The notes under the pieces were generated by a model. That model had not been told where the DNA came from, made no database searches, and worked only from the letters and a program-made list of their open reading frames with translations. Below, one piece after another: positions 27,886 through 36,357 of a stretch of DNA of 64,000 nucleotides. The DNA comes from Candidatus Moraniibacteriota bacterium (GTDB lineage Bacteria > Patescibacteriota > Minisyncoccia > Moranbacterales > UBA2206): assembly GCA_003483065.1 (NCBI GenBank), contig DMWY01000001.1, forward strand, positions 72,606-136,605, in the 5' to 3' direction. Each line of letters starts with the position of its first letter. The stretch's first letter is position 1. The position numbers and the translations under genes are program-made.

Positions 27886-27933
27886 AAAAAAGCAAGCCCT
27901 GAGTTCATATGAATTTATATGAACTACAGGGCT
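27886..27933 (-). terminator. Rho-independent terminator (nested perfect palindrome)
   Basis: AGCCCTGAGTTCATATGAATTTATATGAACTACAGGGCT (27895-27933) followed on the minus strand by T8. Confidence 0.55.
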
Positions 27934-27963
27934 TCTGGTTGTGGCCGAAATGTCGGCCAAGGG

Positions 27964-28437
27964 TTATTGGCAGAGGGTGGTTTTGAAAATCCACCCGGGA
28001 TCTCTTTGAATTTTTATTACTCCGCGAGAGTTGAGTTCTGCGGGGATAGGATGTGTCGTATCAATCGCCCAAAACTGCCATGTTGGGACATTGTTTTTCC
28101 AAACAAGCGCTTTGATTTGGAACTCTGTCCCAGGAGGGACACCGTCCAATTTTCCATAAAATAGCATTTGTTTAGAGACTGGCAACTGATAAGCCGCCAG
28201 TTTTGATTCGCCAACGCCGTAAGCGACTAAAAACATTTGTGGGAGCTTATTTTCCCCTAACACGAAACGATCCCACTCGACCACTTCTTCATCATTACAG
28301 CCCCAAGTGATGAATTTGGAGCCTTCCACCCAAAGGGTCTCAGTAGTTGGGTTATAATTAATATACAGTCCGGTTGCGGAAGATAAGCTGGCGAAAAAAA
28401 ACAAACAAAACACTGCAATAAAAGCATATTTTTTCAT
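27964..28437 (-). CDS. secreted hypothetical protein
   Basis: Cleavable-looking signal peptide MKKYAFIAVFCLFFFASLSSATG. Confidence 0.5.
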   Translation of the reverse strand: MKKYAFIAVFCLFFFASLSSATGLYINYNPTTETLWVEGSKFITWGCNDEEVVEWDRFVLGENKLPQMFLVAYGVGESKLAAYQLPVSKQMLFYGKLDGVPPGTEFQIKALVWKNNVPTWQFWAIDTTHPIPAELNSRGVIKIQRDPGWIFKTTLCQ

Positions 28438-28638
28438 GGTACATCCTCCTTAGAAAAATAATATGTTTTGGCGTTATGCCATTTTTCTAAAAAAACTAAA
28501 AAGTACTATCCCCTCCTTTCAATATTTGATTGTTAAAGAAAATTAAGTTCCTCCTTACTTAATACTACAGCTGAAGCAATAAAACCACAACATAGCATTT
28601 GTGGTGTAATAAAAAATTATAAATTAAATGAAAATAAA

Positions 28639-28674
28639 TAACCCCCGGAAACTCAATAGTGAGTCCGGGGGTTA
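28639..28674 (-). terminator. Rho-independent terminator
   Basis: TAACCCCCGGA-loop-TCCGGGGGTTA followed by a T-rich run on the minus strand. Confidence 0.5.
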
Positions 28675-28724
28675 TCGTTAAAATTATCGCAATCCGACGA
28701 GCCTTTGGCTGGCGGGGTTGAAAG

Positions 28725-29657
28725 TTATGGTTGTCGTCGTCGCCTTGAGCCAAGATGATATAACATTACGCCTAAGAAAATAAGGAGGAGCCACGCCCAC
28801 CATATGTCAAGCGTTTTTTGCCAAAGATTTTTTGACGGCGGAGGCGTGTATTTTGGCAAAGGTGGTGGTGTTACCAGCGATTCGATTTTTTCGAGTTTCG
28901 TAAAAATCGTTTCGCCTTCTTTTTTTGGCTCGCCGATGACCTTTAATTGTTTGGTCTGCTTCTTATGGAGGTCGCCGAGACCTGACGCCTTTTCTTCTAG
29001 TGTCGCTTCTCCGACTCTATCCTGTACCTTTACAATTTCCATGCAGGGGTCGCATTTTTTTGTCTTCGGCCTTTTTACGGTCGGAGTTTTTGCGACTGCT
29101 ACTGAAGTAGCAACTACAGGTGCCGGAGTCGGTGCTACTTGTTGAGCGACTGGAGCGGGAACGACTTTGACAACATTATCACATGGTACATTACCACATG
29201 GCTTTGAGTTGTCCTTAAGTGTTCCGTCATAAACATTCGGGGAATTTCCAGTATACAATACGGCAGTAACCGATTTCGGTTGCATGTCGCCTTGAAATGT
29301 ATACTTGCATCCCCGCGAATCTGAACAATCCGTCAGCAGTCCAGATGCTTTTGAGAAGGGTGTGATCATTTGGTACCACACGCAATCCTCCGAATCCTTC
29401 CAGAGAAAATTAAACGATTCGCCGGGTTGAAGCCGGAATGCTGATGCCGGTCCGATCATACGCGGTTTAATACCGCGAATGTCGTCGTAGATCTCAACAT
29501 TCAAAAATATGGCGCCGGATGGTAATGGCGGAATTGTGACATTGCCATTGCCATCACATGCTGGAATAACATCCACGAGTTTGGGTGTGGCGTCGACCGG
29601 GACAGAGAAAATAAAAATACAAAAAATAATTAATGCGGTAAAGCTGAGTTTTTTCAT
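28725..29657 (-). CDS. secreted surface protein with Pro-rich stalk and C-terminal TM anchor plus RRRRQP tail
   Basis: Signal peptide, Cys-containing domain, PAPVAQQVAPTPAPV linker, then C-terminal ...TPPPLPKYTPPP-TM-RRRRQP. Confidence 0.5.
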   Translation of the reverse strand: MKKLSFTALIIFCIFIFSVPVDATPKLVDVIPACDGNGNVTIPPLPSGAIFLNVEIYDDIRGIKPRMIGPASAFRLQPGESFNFLWKDSEDCVWYQMITPFSKASGLLTDCSDSRGCKYTFQGDMQPKSVTAVLYTGNSPNVYDGTLKDNSKPCGNVPCDNVVKVVPAPVAQQVAPTPAPVVATSVAVAKTPTVKRPKTKKCDPCMEIVKVQDRVGEATLEEKASGLGDLHKKQTKQLKVIGEPKKEGETIFTKLEKIESLVTPPPLPKYTPPPSKNLWQKTLDIWWAWLLLIFLGVMLYHLGSRRRRQP

Positions 29658-29684
29658 GGCGTCCTCCTGCAGGTATTTTTTTGG

Positions 29685-30620
29685 TTAATTTATTAATTCA
29701 AGCCGAACAAACAGTCCAGCCGACCAACTGTTTTTTTCCAGCTGATCATCGGAGTTAAGGTTATAGTCAAAAAGCGGTCCAAATATCAACCACTCACGAT
29801 AACGCGCCTCGGCGTTTAATCCGAGATTTTTCCGGTTGTTTTCCGGCGTCATCCCGTATTGTACACCGAGTCGGCCCGCCCAGTCAGGAGAAAAATCTTT
29901 GTGGATTTTCCCACCAAAAGTGAGCGAAGTTCGATCAGAAATTTTATCCCCAGCCCAAGTGGACTGAAAGTTGCCATTTCCATCAAACCAACCTTCAGAA
30001 TAAATTATCCATAACCATTCCGGCTGAAATTGCCGAAGATACTCAAGATAATATCCAGGAATAAGATGATCTTCAGTCTTTTTATATCCCGAAGTTTTAT
30101 TTTCTCCTTCATTATTTTCCCAAATCAACCGACCATTCAGTTGAATTTGGTGCGGATATCCCGTATCTGTTTTTCCGGTCCAAATAAAACCGGCTTGAGG
30201 GCCAATCCCCCAATTATTCCACTCATAGTCTTGGTCGGTTTCGCCAAAGTCGCCTCGGGCAAAAATTCCGATCCTAGGAGTGAGATATCCATTGCCAATT
30301 TGGGTGCTGAGGTTTCGAAAGGAAAGTTTATATTCCCCATACCACCAGTCTCCCTTGGATCCGGCGTTTGAATTATTCCAAATACCAGTTCCAACGTCCA
30401 GTTCGTGTTCAAAATTTTGACTGGGCTTCTGTTCCGGAGTTGAATAAGGGTAAGAATTTAACCCTCCAGTAAGAATGTAGTTTTCCGAGCTCATCTGGCT
30501 CGGGTTGGATGTTTGATTGTCGTCGGCCATGGCCATGGCTGTAATAAAACAAGCCTGGCCACTCACGGAACTAACTGTGAGCAACATAATTGCCAATGTA
30601 AGTAATAATGATTTTTTCAC
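29685..30620 (-). CDS. secreted beta-rich protein with outer-membrane-barrel-like alternating pattern
   Basis: Signal peptide MKKSLLLTLAIMLLTVSSVSGQA (GTG start with AGGAGA 8 nt upstream), Gly/aromatic-rich alternating strands and a C-terminal hydrophobic strand. Confidence 0.5.
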   Translation of the reverse strand: MKKSLLLTLAIMLLTVSSVSGQACFITAMAMADDNQTSNPSQMSSENYILTGGLNSYPYSTPEQKPSQNFEHELDVGTGIWNNSNAGSKGDWWYGEYKLSFRNLSTQIGNGYLTPRIGIFARGDFGETDQDYEWNNWGIGPQAGFIWTGKTDTGYPHQIQLNGRLIWENNEGENKTSGYKKTEDHLIPGYYLEYLRQFQPEWLWIIYSEGWFDGNGNFQSTWAGDKISDRTSLTFGGKIHKDFSPDWAGRLGVQYGMTPENNRKNLGLNAEARYREWLIFGPLFDYNLNSDDQLEKNSWSAGLFVRLELIN

Positions 30621-30695
30621 TGCCTGTTCTCCTGTTTTTTGGTTGTAGTTTTATATTATAGACGCTTTTTAATTGCGATAATTTTTAACGAACTT

Positions 30696-30778
30696 AAACC
30701 ACAAAATTTTTCGTGGTTTGGGAATTCCGGAATCTCCGCCCAAGGCGGATCAGCCTATTTAAGCTGAAATTCCGGAAT
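30696..30778. promoter_or_regulatory. palindrome cluster upstream of the 29685-30620 gene
   Basis: AAACCAC...GTGGTTT hairpin, two copies of the self-complementary AATTCCGGAAT (30723-30733 and 30768-30778) and TCCGCC-caa-GGCGGA. A -10-like TATAAT (minus strand, 30655-30660) sits between this cluster and the GTG start. Confidence 0.35.
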
Positions 30779-30804
30779 AATCAAACTACAAAAATATGAC
30801 ACAA

Positions 30805-31539
30805 TTATTTTTGATTCAATCTTTCTTTCCAATAATCACTATCGGCTGACAGATAACTTTCATCTTTTGCATTTCCAATTTGACTACGATAAATTCCAAA
30901 CATAAAAATCAAGATCATTCCCACGATAAATCCTCCAAGACTTGCCAAGATAATTTGAAAAAAAGACGGATTTTTTTCGATAATCGGTCCAGAAAGAACT
31001 TGAATTTTCAGATTTTGGTTAGTACCGAGAAACATTGAATTTTTGTTGATGAGCACATCCAATACCCCATTGGAAATATCGTTTGTTTGTCGTTCGGTGT
31101 TGCCGAAAATTTCCAAACTCAAAATGCCAACAGTGGAATTTTTCTTGATATTGATGGTTTTTTGCCAAGCCTTTAGTTTGTCGGCCTGACTGCCGGAAAA
31201 TAAATTAGTCGAAATTTTTCCTGTGGCAATTGTTTCGTCAAGGAATTTTTCGCTATACACTGATTCAGAAAGAATGCTTGACAAATAATCTGCTGAGCGA
31301 GACATAGCATAATAATCCACCGCTCCTTCTTGATTTTGTACAATCAAAATATCCGTATTTGAGCGAAAACTCTTTTGTGTGACAATGAGAACCAAAAAAG
31401 AAATGGCTCCTAAAAATAACCCAGCCAGAATGGCGGTTGTAAGGTATTTTTTGGCTAATTTAAGCATATTTTCGAACTCCATAAATTTATTTAATTTCTT
31501 AAAAGATTTAACGGTGAATATTAGCAGAAAACCAAACAT
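30805..31539 (-). CDS. Wzz/chain-length-determinant-like bitopic membrane protein
   Basis: Same topology as 21496-22389, with SNTDILIVQNQ near the N-terminal TM. Confidence 0.35.
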   Translation of the reverse strand: MFGFLLIFTVKSFKKLNKFMEFENMLKLAKKYLTTAILAGLFLGAISFLVLIVTQKSFRSNTDILIVQNQEGAVDYYAMSRSADYLSSILSESVYSEKFLDETIATGKISTNLFSGSQADKLKAWQKTINIKKNSTVGILSLEIFGNTERQTNDISNGVLDVLINKNSMFLGTNQNLKIQVLSGPIIEKNPSFFQIILASLGGFIVGMILIFMFGIYRSQIGNAKDESYLSADSDYWKERLNQK

Positions 31540-31607
31540 TTGTCAAATATCAAAAAACATAGTATAATTTCATCATAAATTAATCTCTAACAAACTTTAA
31601 AACAAAA

Positions 31608-32972
31608 ATGGAACTAAAAGAAAAACTGGTTGAGATGGAGCATATAAATCTCACCTATAATCGTGGAAAAGACAATGCTTTTCAGTCATTATTTGATGTT
31701 AATCTCACAATTAAGAAAGGAGAATTTGTGGTGATTCTTGGACCATCCGGTTGCGGAAAATCATCACTTTTGAATATTATCGCCGGGCTAGAAGATCCGG
31801 ATGAAGGCAATGTCAGGATAAATGATATTGATATTTTGAAAATGAAAGCCACTGAGCGAATTCAATTTCATCGCAGTAAAATCGGAATGGTTTTTCAGTC
31901 ATATAATTTGATTTCAACGCTTTCAGTTTTGGATAATGTGGCTTTGCCACAGATTTTTGTCAATGTTAGAAAGGGCGAAAGAGAAAGAAAAGTGATGATG
32001 CTCTTGGAAAGATTTGGGATAAAGGAACAATGGAAAAAAGTGCCTAGTCAGTTGTCTGGTGGACAGCAACAACGAATTGGTATCGCCAGATCAATTGTAA
32101 ATGATCCATTTTTGGTGTTGGCCGACGAACCGGTAGGAAATTTGGACAGCGCTTCGGCTAATAATGTGATGCAAATTTTGGGAGAATTGAACAAGCAAGA
32201 AGGCAAAACAATCATTCTTGTCACGCATAATCCGGAAAACGCTGATTGGGGAACGCATATCATCTATATGAAAGACGGAAAAATCACTAAGGAAGAATGG
32301 AAAGATGCAGCTGGCACTTCTCATGAAGTGGAGTCCAAGGTTGAGGAAGGAAAATCTGTTTTTGACAAAATTATGGAGAAATTCCGTGGACTATCCGAAA
32401 AACAAATTGGTTTTCTTATGGAGCCATTAAAAGCCAAACTAATTGCAGAGTCATTCTTCATCCCATATGAGGAAAATCAAATGAAAGTCATTGAAGAATC
32501 AATTCGATTGAAAATGTCGGGTGTCTATAGTGAGCAAAATCTTTTTGAACAATTAGACAAACCAATGGAAAAGGGTGGTGCGGGACTCGATCAACGTATC
32601 GCTAAGGGCTTCACCTTGGAATTGGAAGAATTGGCGCGAGCAGCAACCGAAGTTTTTGGTAAACATACTTCTGAAGAAAAAGCCAAGTTTGTTATAAATT
32701 ATTTCATTCAAAAAAGGAATATACATATCCCTGAAGATTCTAAGGCGAAAGTGGCTGATCTGATTAGAAGAAGAATTGATGATGAAATACCATTTATTGA
32801 TTTCAGAAAACTATTAGACGTTCCACAAAATGCAGGTGGAGCAGGACTCAACAAGCAAACAGTGCATAAAATACTGCGCGAATTAGATTTGATTTTAATT
32901 GTTGGTTTTGGGCTAAAAATTGAGCCAGAAAAAAACAACACGAATATAAATAATCCAATAAAAAAAATATAA
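31608..32972 (+). CDS. ABC transporter ATP-binding protein (MacB/LolD/FtsE-like) with ~220-aa C-terminal extension
   Basis: Walker A GPSGCGKSS, signature LSGGQQQR, Walker B LVLADEP. Residues ~235-454 have no ABC homology and contain an internal repeat (KGGAGLDQRIAKG / NAGGAGLNKQTVHK). Confidence 0.85.
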   Translation: MELKEKLVEMEHINLTYNRGKDNAFQSLFDVNLTIKKGEFVVILGPSGCGKSSLLNIIAGLEDPDEGNVRINDIDILKMKATERIQFHRSKIGMVFQSYNLISTLSVLDNVALPQIFVNVRKGERERKVMMLLERFGIKEQWKKVPSQLSGGQQQRIGIARSIVNDPFLVLADEPVGNLDSASANNVMQILGELNKQEGKTIILVTHNPENADWGTHIIYMKDGKITKEEWKDAAGTSHEVESKVEEGKSVFDKIMEKFRGLSEKQIGFLMEPLKAKLIAESFFIPYEENQMKVIEESIRLKMSGVYSEQNLFEQLDKPMEKGGAGLDQRIAKGFTLELEELARAATEVFGKHTSEEKAKFVINYFIQKRNIHIPEDSKAKVADLIRRRIDDEIPFIDFRKLLDVPQNAGGAGLNKQTVHKILRELDLILIVGFGLKIEPEKNNTNINNPIKKI

Positions 32973-32973
32973 T

Positions 32974-34215
32974 ATGTTATCCATAGATGTATTTCGAATT
33001 TCAACTCGCTCATTCAAAAACAATCGTTTGCGAACATTGCTCACTGTGCTTGGAATCAGCATTGGTATCGGAACCATTTTCTTTTTAGTTTCTTTGGGTT
33101 ATGGTCTACAGAAACTTATTTTGGAAAATATCGCCACCCAAGATTCTCTTCTTGCGCTGGACGTCACACAAAATAGCGAAGCGATAGACCTAAATAAAGA
33201 AAGTATCACTTCCATAAAGGAAATTTCGGAAATAACTGATATCTATCCTTTGGTCTCTCAAGATTCCCAAATATCTGGCAATGGACTTACTTCAGCGGCC
33301 AAGATAAATATTGTCAATCCTAGATTTCTTAGTCTTGAAGGCATAGCTGTGGACAAGGGAAAGATTTTCAAGGATAGTGAGAATGACAAAATGATAATTT
33401 CTTTAGCTGCTTTGCAATTACTAGATATTAGCAAGGATGACTTTGCTGATAATGAAATAACTATTCGACTCGCTAAAAACCCACCCAAACAAAACAATCA
33501 GACAGTTTCCGCTGAAGAAACTCCTGCAGGGGAAAATGTTGTCGCGGAGTCAACTCCTATTGAATATGTGAATAAAACCTATAAAATTTCTGGAGTAGTG
33601 GATGATATTTCCAATGCTTATATCTATGTCCCTGATTCTTCGGTTTCTGAAATAACTTTTAATACTTATGACAAACTAAAAGTACGGGTAAATTCAACTA
33701 CCAATCTTGAGCCGGCTCGAGCTCGCATTATTGAAAAGGGATTTTTCGTTAGTTCCGTTTCGGAAACAGTTGATCAAGCCAAACAAATCTTCTCAATTGC
33801 TCAAATAGTGCTGGCACTGTTTGGAGTAGTTGCACTTGTAGTCAGCGCCATCGGAATGTTCAACACTATGACTATTGCTCTTTTGGAAAGAACTCAAGAA
33901 ATTGGTATTATGAAAACCATTGGAGCTTCTTCCTATGACATTTGGCGAATGTTCCTCACAGAATCAATGATTATTGGATTTTTTGGAGGATTCTTCGGGG
34001 TGGTGATGGGATTTCTCTTGAGTAGTTTGGTCAACTATGGAATGAACTTCTTAGCTGGAATGTTTGGAGGAATTCAAGCTAATCTATTTGCCAGACCAGT
34101 TTGGTTTATCGCTTTCATAATGATATTTTCTACAGTTGTAGGTGTGATTACTGGAATTTATCCAGCTAGACGAGCTGCTCGATTGAATGCTTTGGAAGCA
34201 TTAAGATATAAATAA
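32974..34215 (+). CDS. FtsX/MacB-type ABC permease with large extracytoplasmic domain
   Basis: TM1, ~250-aa extracytoplasmic domain, then three TM helices with the FtsX signature (MTIALLERTQEIGIMKTIGAS). Confidence 0.8.
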   Translation: MLSIDVFRISTRSFKNNRLRTLLTVLGISIGIGTIFFLVSLGYGLQKLILENIATQDSLLALDVTQNSEAIDLNKESITSIKEISEITDIYPLVSQDSQISGNGLTSAAKINIVNPRFLSLEGIAVDKGKIFKDSENDKMIISLAALQLLDISKDDFADNEITIRLAKNPPKQNNQTVSAEETPAGENVVAESTPIEYVNKTYKISGVVDDISNAYIYVPDSSVSEITFNTYDKLKVRVNSTTNLEPARARIIEKGFFVSSVSETVDQAKQIFSIAQIVLALFGVVALVVSAIGMFNTMTIALLERTQEIGIMKTIGASSYDIWRMFLTESMIIGFFGGFFGVVMGFLLSSLVNYGMNFLAGMFGGIQANLFARPVWFIAFIMIFSTVVGVITGIYPARRAARLNALEALRYK

Positions 34216-34242
34216 TTTTCGAATTCTTTCTTGTGGTATATT

Positions 34243-34274
34243 AAAAAAAGCTTCCTTAGAAAGAAGCTTTTTTT
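34243..34274. terminator. bidirectional Rho-independent terminator
   Basis: AAAAAAAGCTTC-loop-GAAGCTTTTTTT between the convergent FtsX-like and HtrA-like genes. Confidence 0.6.
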
Positions 34275-34300
34275 GTTGGATATTTTTTTATATAACAAGT

Positions 34301-35479
34301 TTATAATTGTACCATTGCTTTCATTTCTTGCCCTGCTCGCAAAACTGTAAATTCAACCCTGTCCCCTTTCTTGTATTGATATAGAATGTCTGACAAGTTA
34401 TTCTTGGCGCTTATTTCCACATTTTCAACTTTAGTTATAATATCATTTATCTTAAGTCCCGCCTTATCAGCAACTGAACCAGAAATAATTGCCAAACCTT
34501 GCTGACCAGAAGCGCTATAAATCAGTGCTCCTTGATCGGTTGATAAATTATTAGCCAGTGCTAGAGATTTATTTATCGGCAAATAATAAATTCCCAGATT
34601 TATATTGGAATCTAGTTCGCCACTAATAACCTTTTCCAAAACTAGCTTTATTTTATTAGCAGGAATTTGAAAATATTCCATTTGTCCGTTTTTCATCGCT
34701 CCGCCAGTAATGCCCATTATTTGGCCGGAATAATCCATCACTGGACTACCTGTAGCTAATATTTTTTCGTTAAAATCACTAAGGAATACTCCTTCAATTG
34801 TTTCTGATTTTGAAAGCGCTTCTCCAGAAATATTGTATGAAGCATCAAAGCTACTGAGAAGTCCTGCTGTGAATTTATTTTGATAATCTGAGGTATTGTT
34901 GCTAATAGCAATTAATTTTTCACCAGGATTATACTCATCGGAATTTCCAAAAGAGATTACTGGTAGATTACTAGCGGTAATTTTCAAAAAAGCTAAATTA
35001 CTCCAAGAATCAATGCCTAGAATTTTTGCATCATAAACATTGCCATTGTTGGTTATGACCTTATATCGCCTAGCTGAATCCAGGGCTAATGATTTTTTAG
35101 AAGTCGAATAGTCAGGAATGATTGCACTGGCAGTTGTCATGATTATTCCATCACTAGTCAAAATCTCTCCGGTTCCATTTACGCTCATAACCAAATTTTT
35201 TTGCGAAGAATTTTTGTTGATATTTTCTGAATAAGTTGCAATATTCACAATGGCCGGAACAACTTGATTGGTTATTTTGGTTATAGAAGAATCTTCTTTG
35301 ACATAAACCTGCTCTGTTTTGTTGATAACCGTCACGTTCTCTGTGGCTTTTTTTAGAAATTCATTTTTTGCGAAAAATCGACTCGTGGCTAGATAGGGGA
35401 AAAAATAGCGATCAGCGATTATCCCACTTAGTCCTGCGATTAAAATTATTCCCACGATAAAAATTATTTTTTTAAACAT
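34301..35479 (-). CDS. catalytically inactive HtrA/DegP-like protein with PDZ domain (pseudoprotease), N-terminal TM anchor
   Basis: Trypsin-like fold alignable to the true HtrA at 38985-40349, but with His->Ser/Ala (TNRHVV vs TTASAI), Asp->Asn (DIAIIKI vs NLAFLKI) and GNSGGP->ATGSPV. The C-terminal PDZ is retained. Confidence 0.6.
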   Translation of the reverse strand: MFKKIIFIVGIILIAGLSGIIADRYFFPYLATSRFFAKNEFLKKATENVTVINKTEQVYVKEDSSITKITNQVVPAIVNIATYSENINKNSSQKNLVMSVNGTGEILTSDGIIMTTASAIIPDYSTSKKSLALDSARRYKVITNNGNVYDAKILGIDSWSNLAFLKITASNLPVISFGNSDEYNPGEKLIAISNNTSDYQNKFTAGLLSSFDASYNISGEALSKSETIEGVFLSDFNEKILATGSPVMDYSGQIMGITGGAMKNGQMEYFQIPANKIKLVLEKVISGELDSNINLGIYYLPINKSLALANNLSTDQGALIYSASGQQGLAIISGSVADKAGLKINDIITKVENVEISAKNNLSDILYQYKKGDRVEFTVLRAGQEMKAMVQL

Positions 35480-35489
35480 AATGGTTTAT

Positions 35490-36227
35490 TTAAATTACTG
35501 GTATCCACTTAGAACTAATGAGCACAAGACCAATTAGAATAGAGAAAAAAATTAGATTAGCGACTACTCTTTTTTTGCTTAAAATACTCAGGAAATAGCT
35601 TTGAATGATGTCCCAAAGCACAAAATACATTATAAGCGCAATCACACCACTCGTCAAATAGCCGAAAGGCCAAAAGTTTATCGTCCAAGCTATTTCTGCC
35701 ATAGTCAAAGACAAAAGCAAGCTATAAGACCAAACCAGTTTTTTATCAATATGCAGGATTGAAAAGTATTGATAGCTCACAAAAAGCGTGGCGAGAAGAT
35801 AGACTATCATTAAATAGTATAGTGGTACCAAAAAATTCAGATACAGTCCATAGGCGCTGGCATAAGTGAAAAAAATCGTGGAAATAGTGGCCGCCGCCGT
35901 CATACCTCTGGCAGTTTGATCTCTTTCATAAAGACTTAGGCGATATGCGCCCAAAAGAGAAAGATAATACATACTCGAAGCCAAGATTATGAAGGCTTGT
36001 TGTTCATAGCGAATTGTCACGAGATAAAGAAGCGCTACACTGGAGAGCACAAAAGAAATCGGCAAAACGGAAAATTTCCATTTCCTCCCAATTTTCCAGC
36101 CTTGGAACATTGCCATCAAGAGCAAAAAAAGGATAATTAAAGGAACATGTTCATGAAAAAAAACAATGAGTTCCAAGCCAGCTAGAAAAATTAGGCTATA
36201 TAAGAGTGGTTGCAGTTTCAAAAACAT
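35490..36227 (-). CDS. polytopic membrane protein (6-7 TM), unknown function
   Basis: Hydrophobicity pattern only. Confidence 0.45.
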   Translation of the reverse strand: MFLKLQPLLYSLIFLAGLELIVFFHEHVPLIILFLLLMAMFQGWKIGRKWKFSVLPISFVLSSVALLYLVTIRYEQQAFIILASSMYYLSLLGAYRLSLYERDQTARGMTAAATISTIFFTYASAYGLYLNFLVPLYYLMIVYLLATLFVSYQYFSILHIDKKLVWSYSLLLSLTMAEIAWTINFWPFGYLTSGVIALIMYFVLWDIIQSYFLSILSKKRVVANLIFFSILIGLVLISSKWIPVI

Positions 36228-36228
36228 A

Positions 36229-36267
36229 GTATGCGAATAGCGCGTCTGCGAATGCGCACATGCGAAT
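36229..36267. repeat. GC-rich intergenic repeat (GTATGCGAATAGCGCG...CATGCGAAT)
   Basis: Shares blocks with 17869-17950 and with the in-gene segment 59292-59330. Confidence 0.5.
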
Positions 36268-36357
36268 TATTTACCAAGTATAACACAGCTTTACTGTGCA
36301 TACAAAATCATCTATTTTTCAGAATTTTCACAATCCCCCTATTTGCATTAACTTCGA

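Noticed and set aside
28565-28753. 62-aa ORF overlapping the terminator and 3' end of the surface protein gene
   Set aside because: Spans a terminator hairpin, has no RBS or motif, and is most likely spurious.
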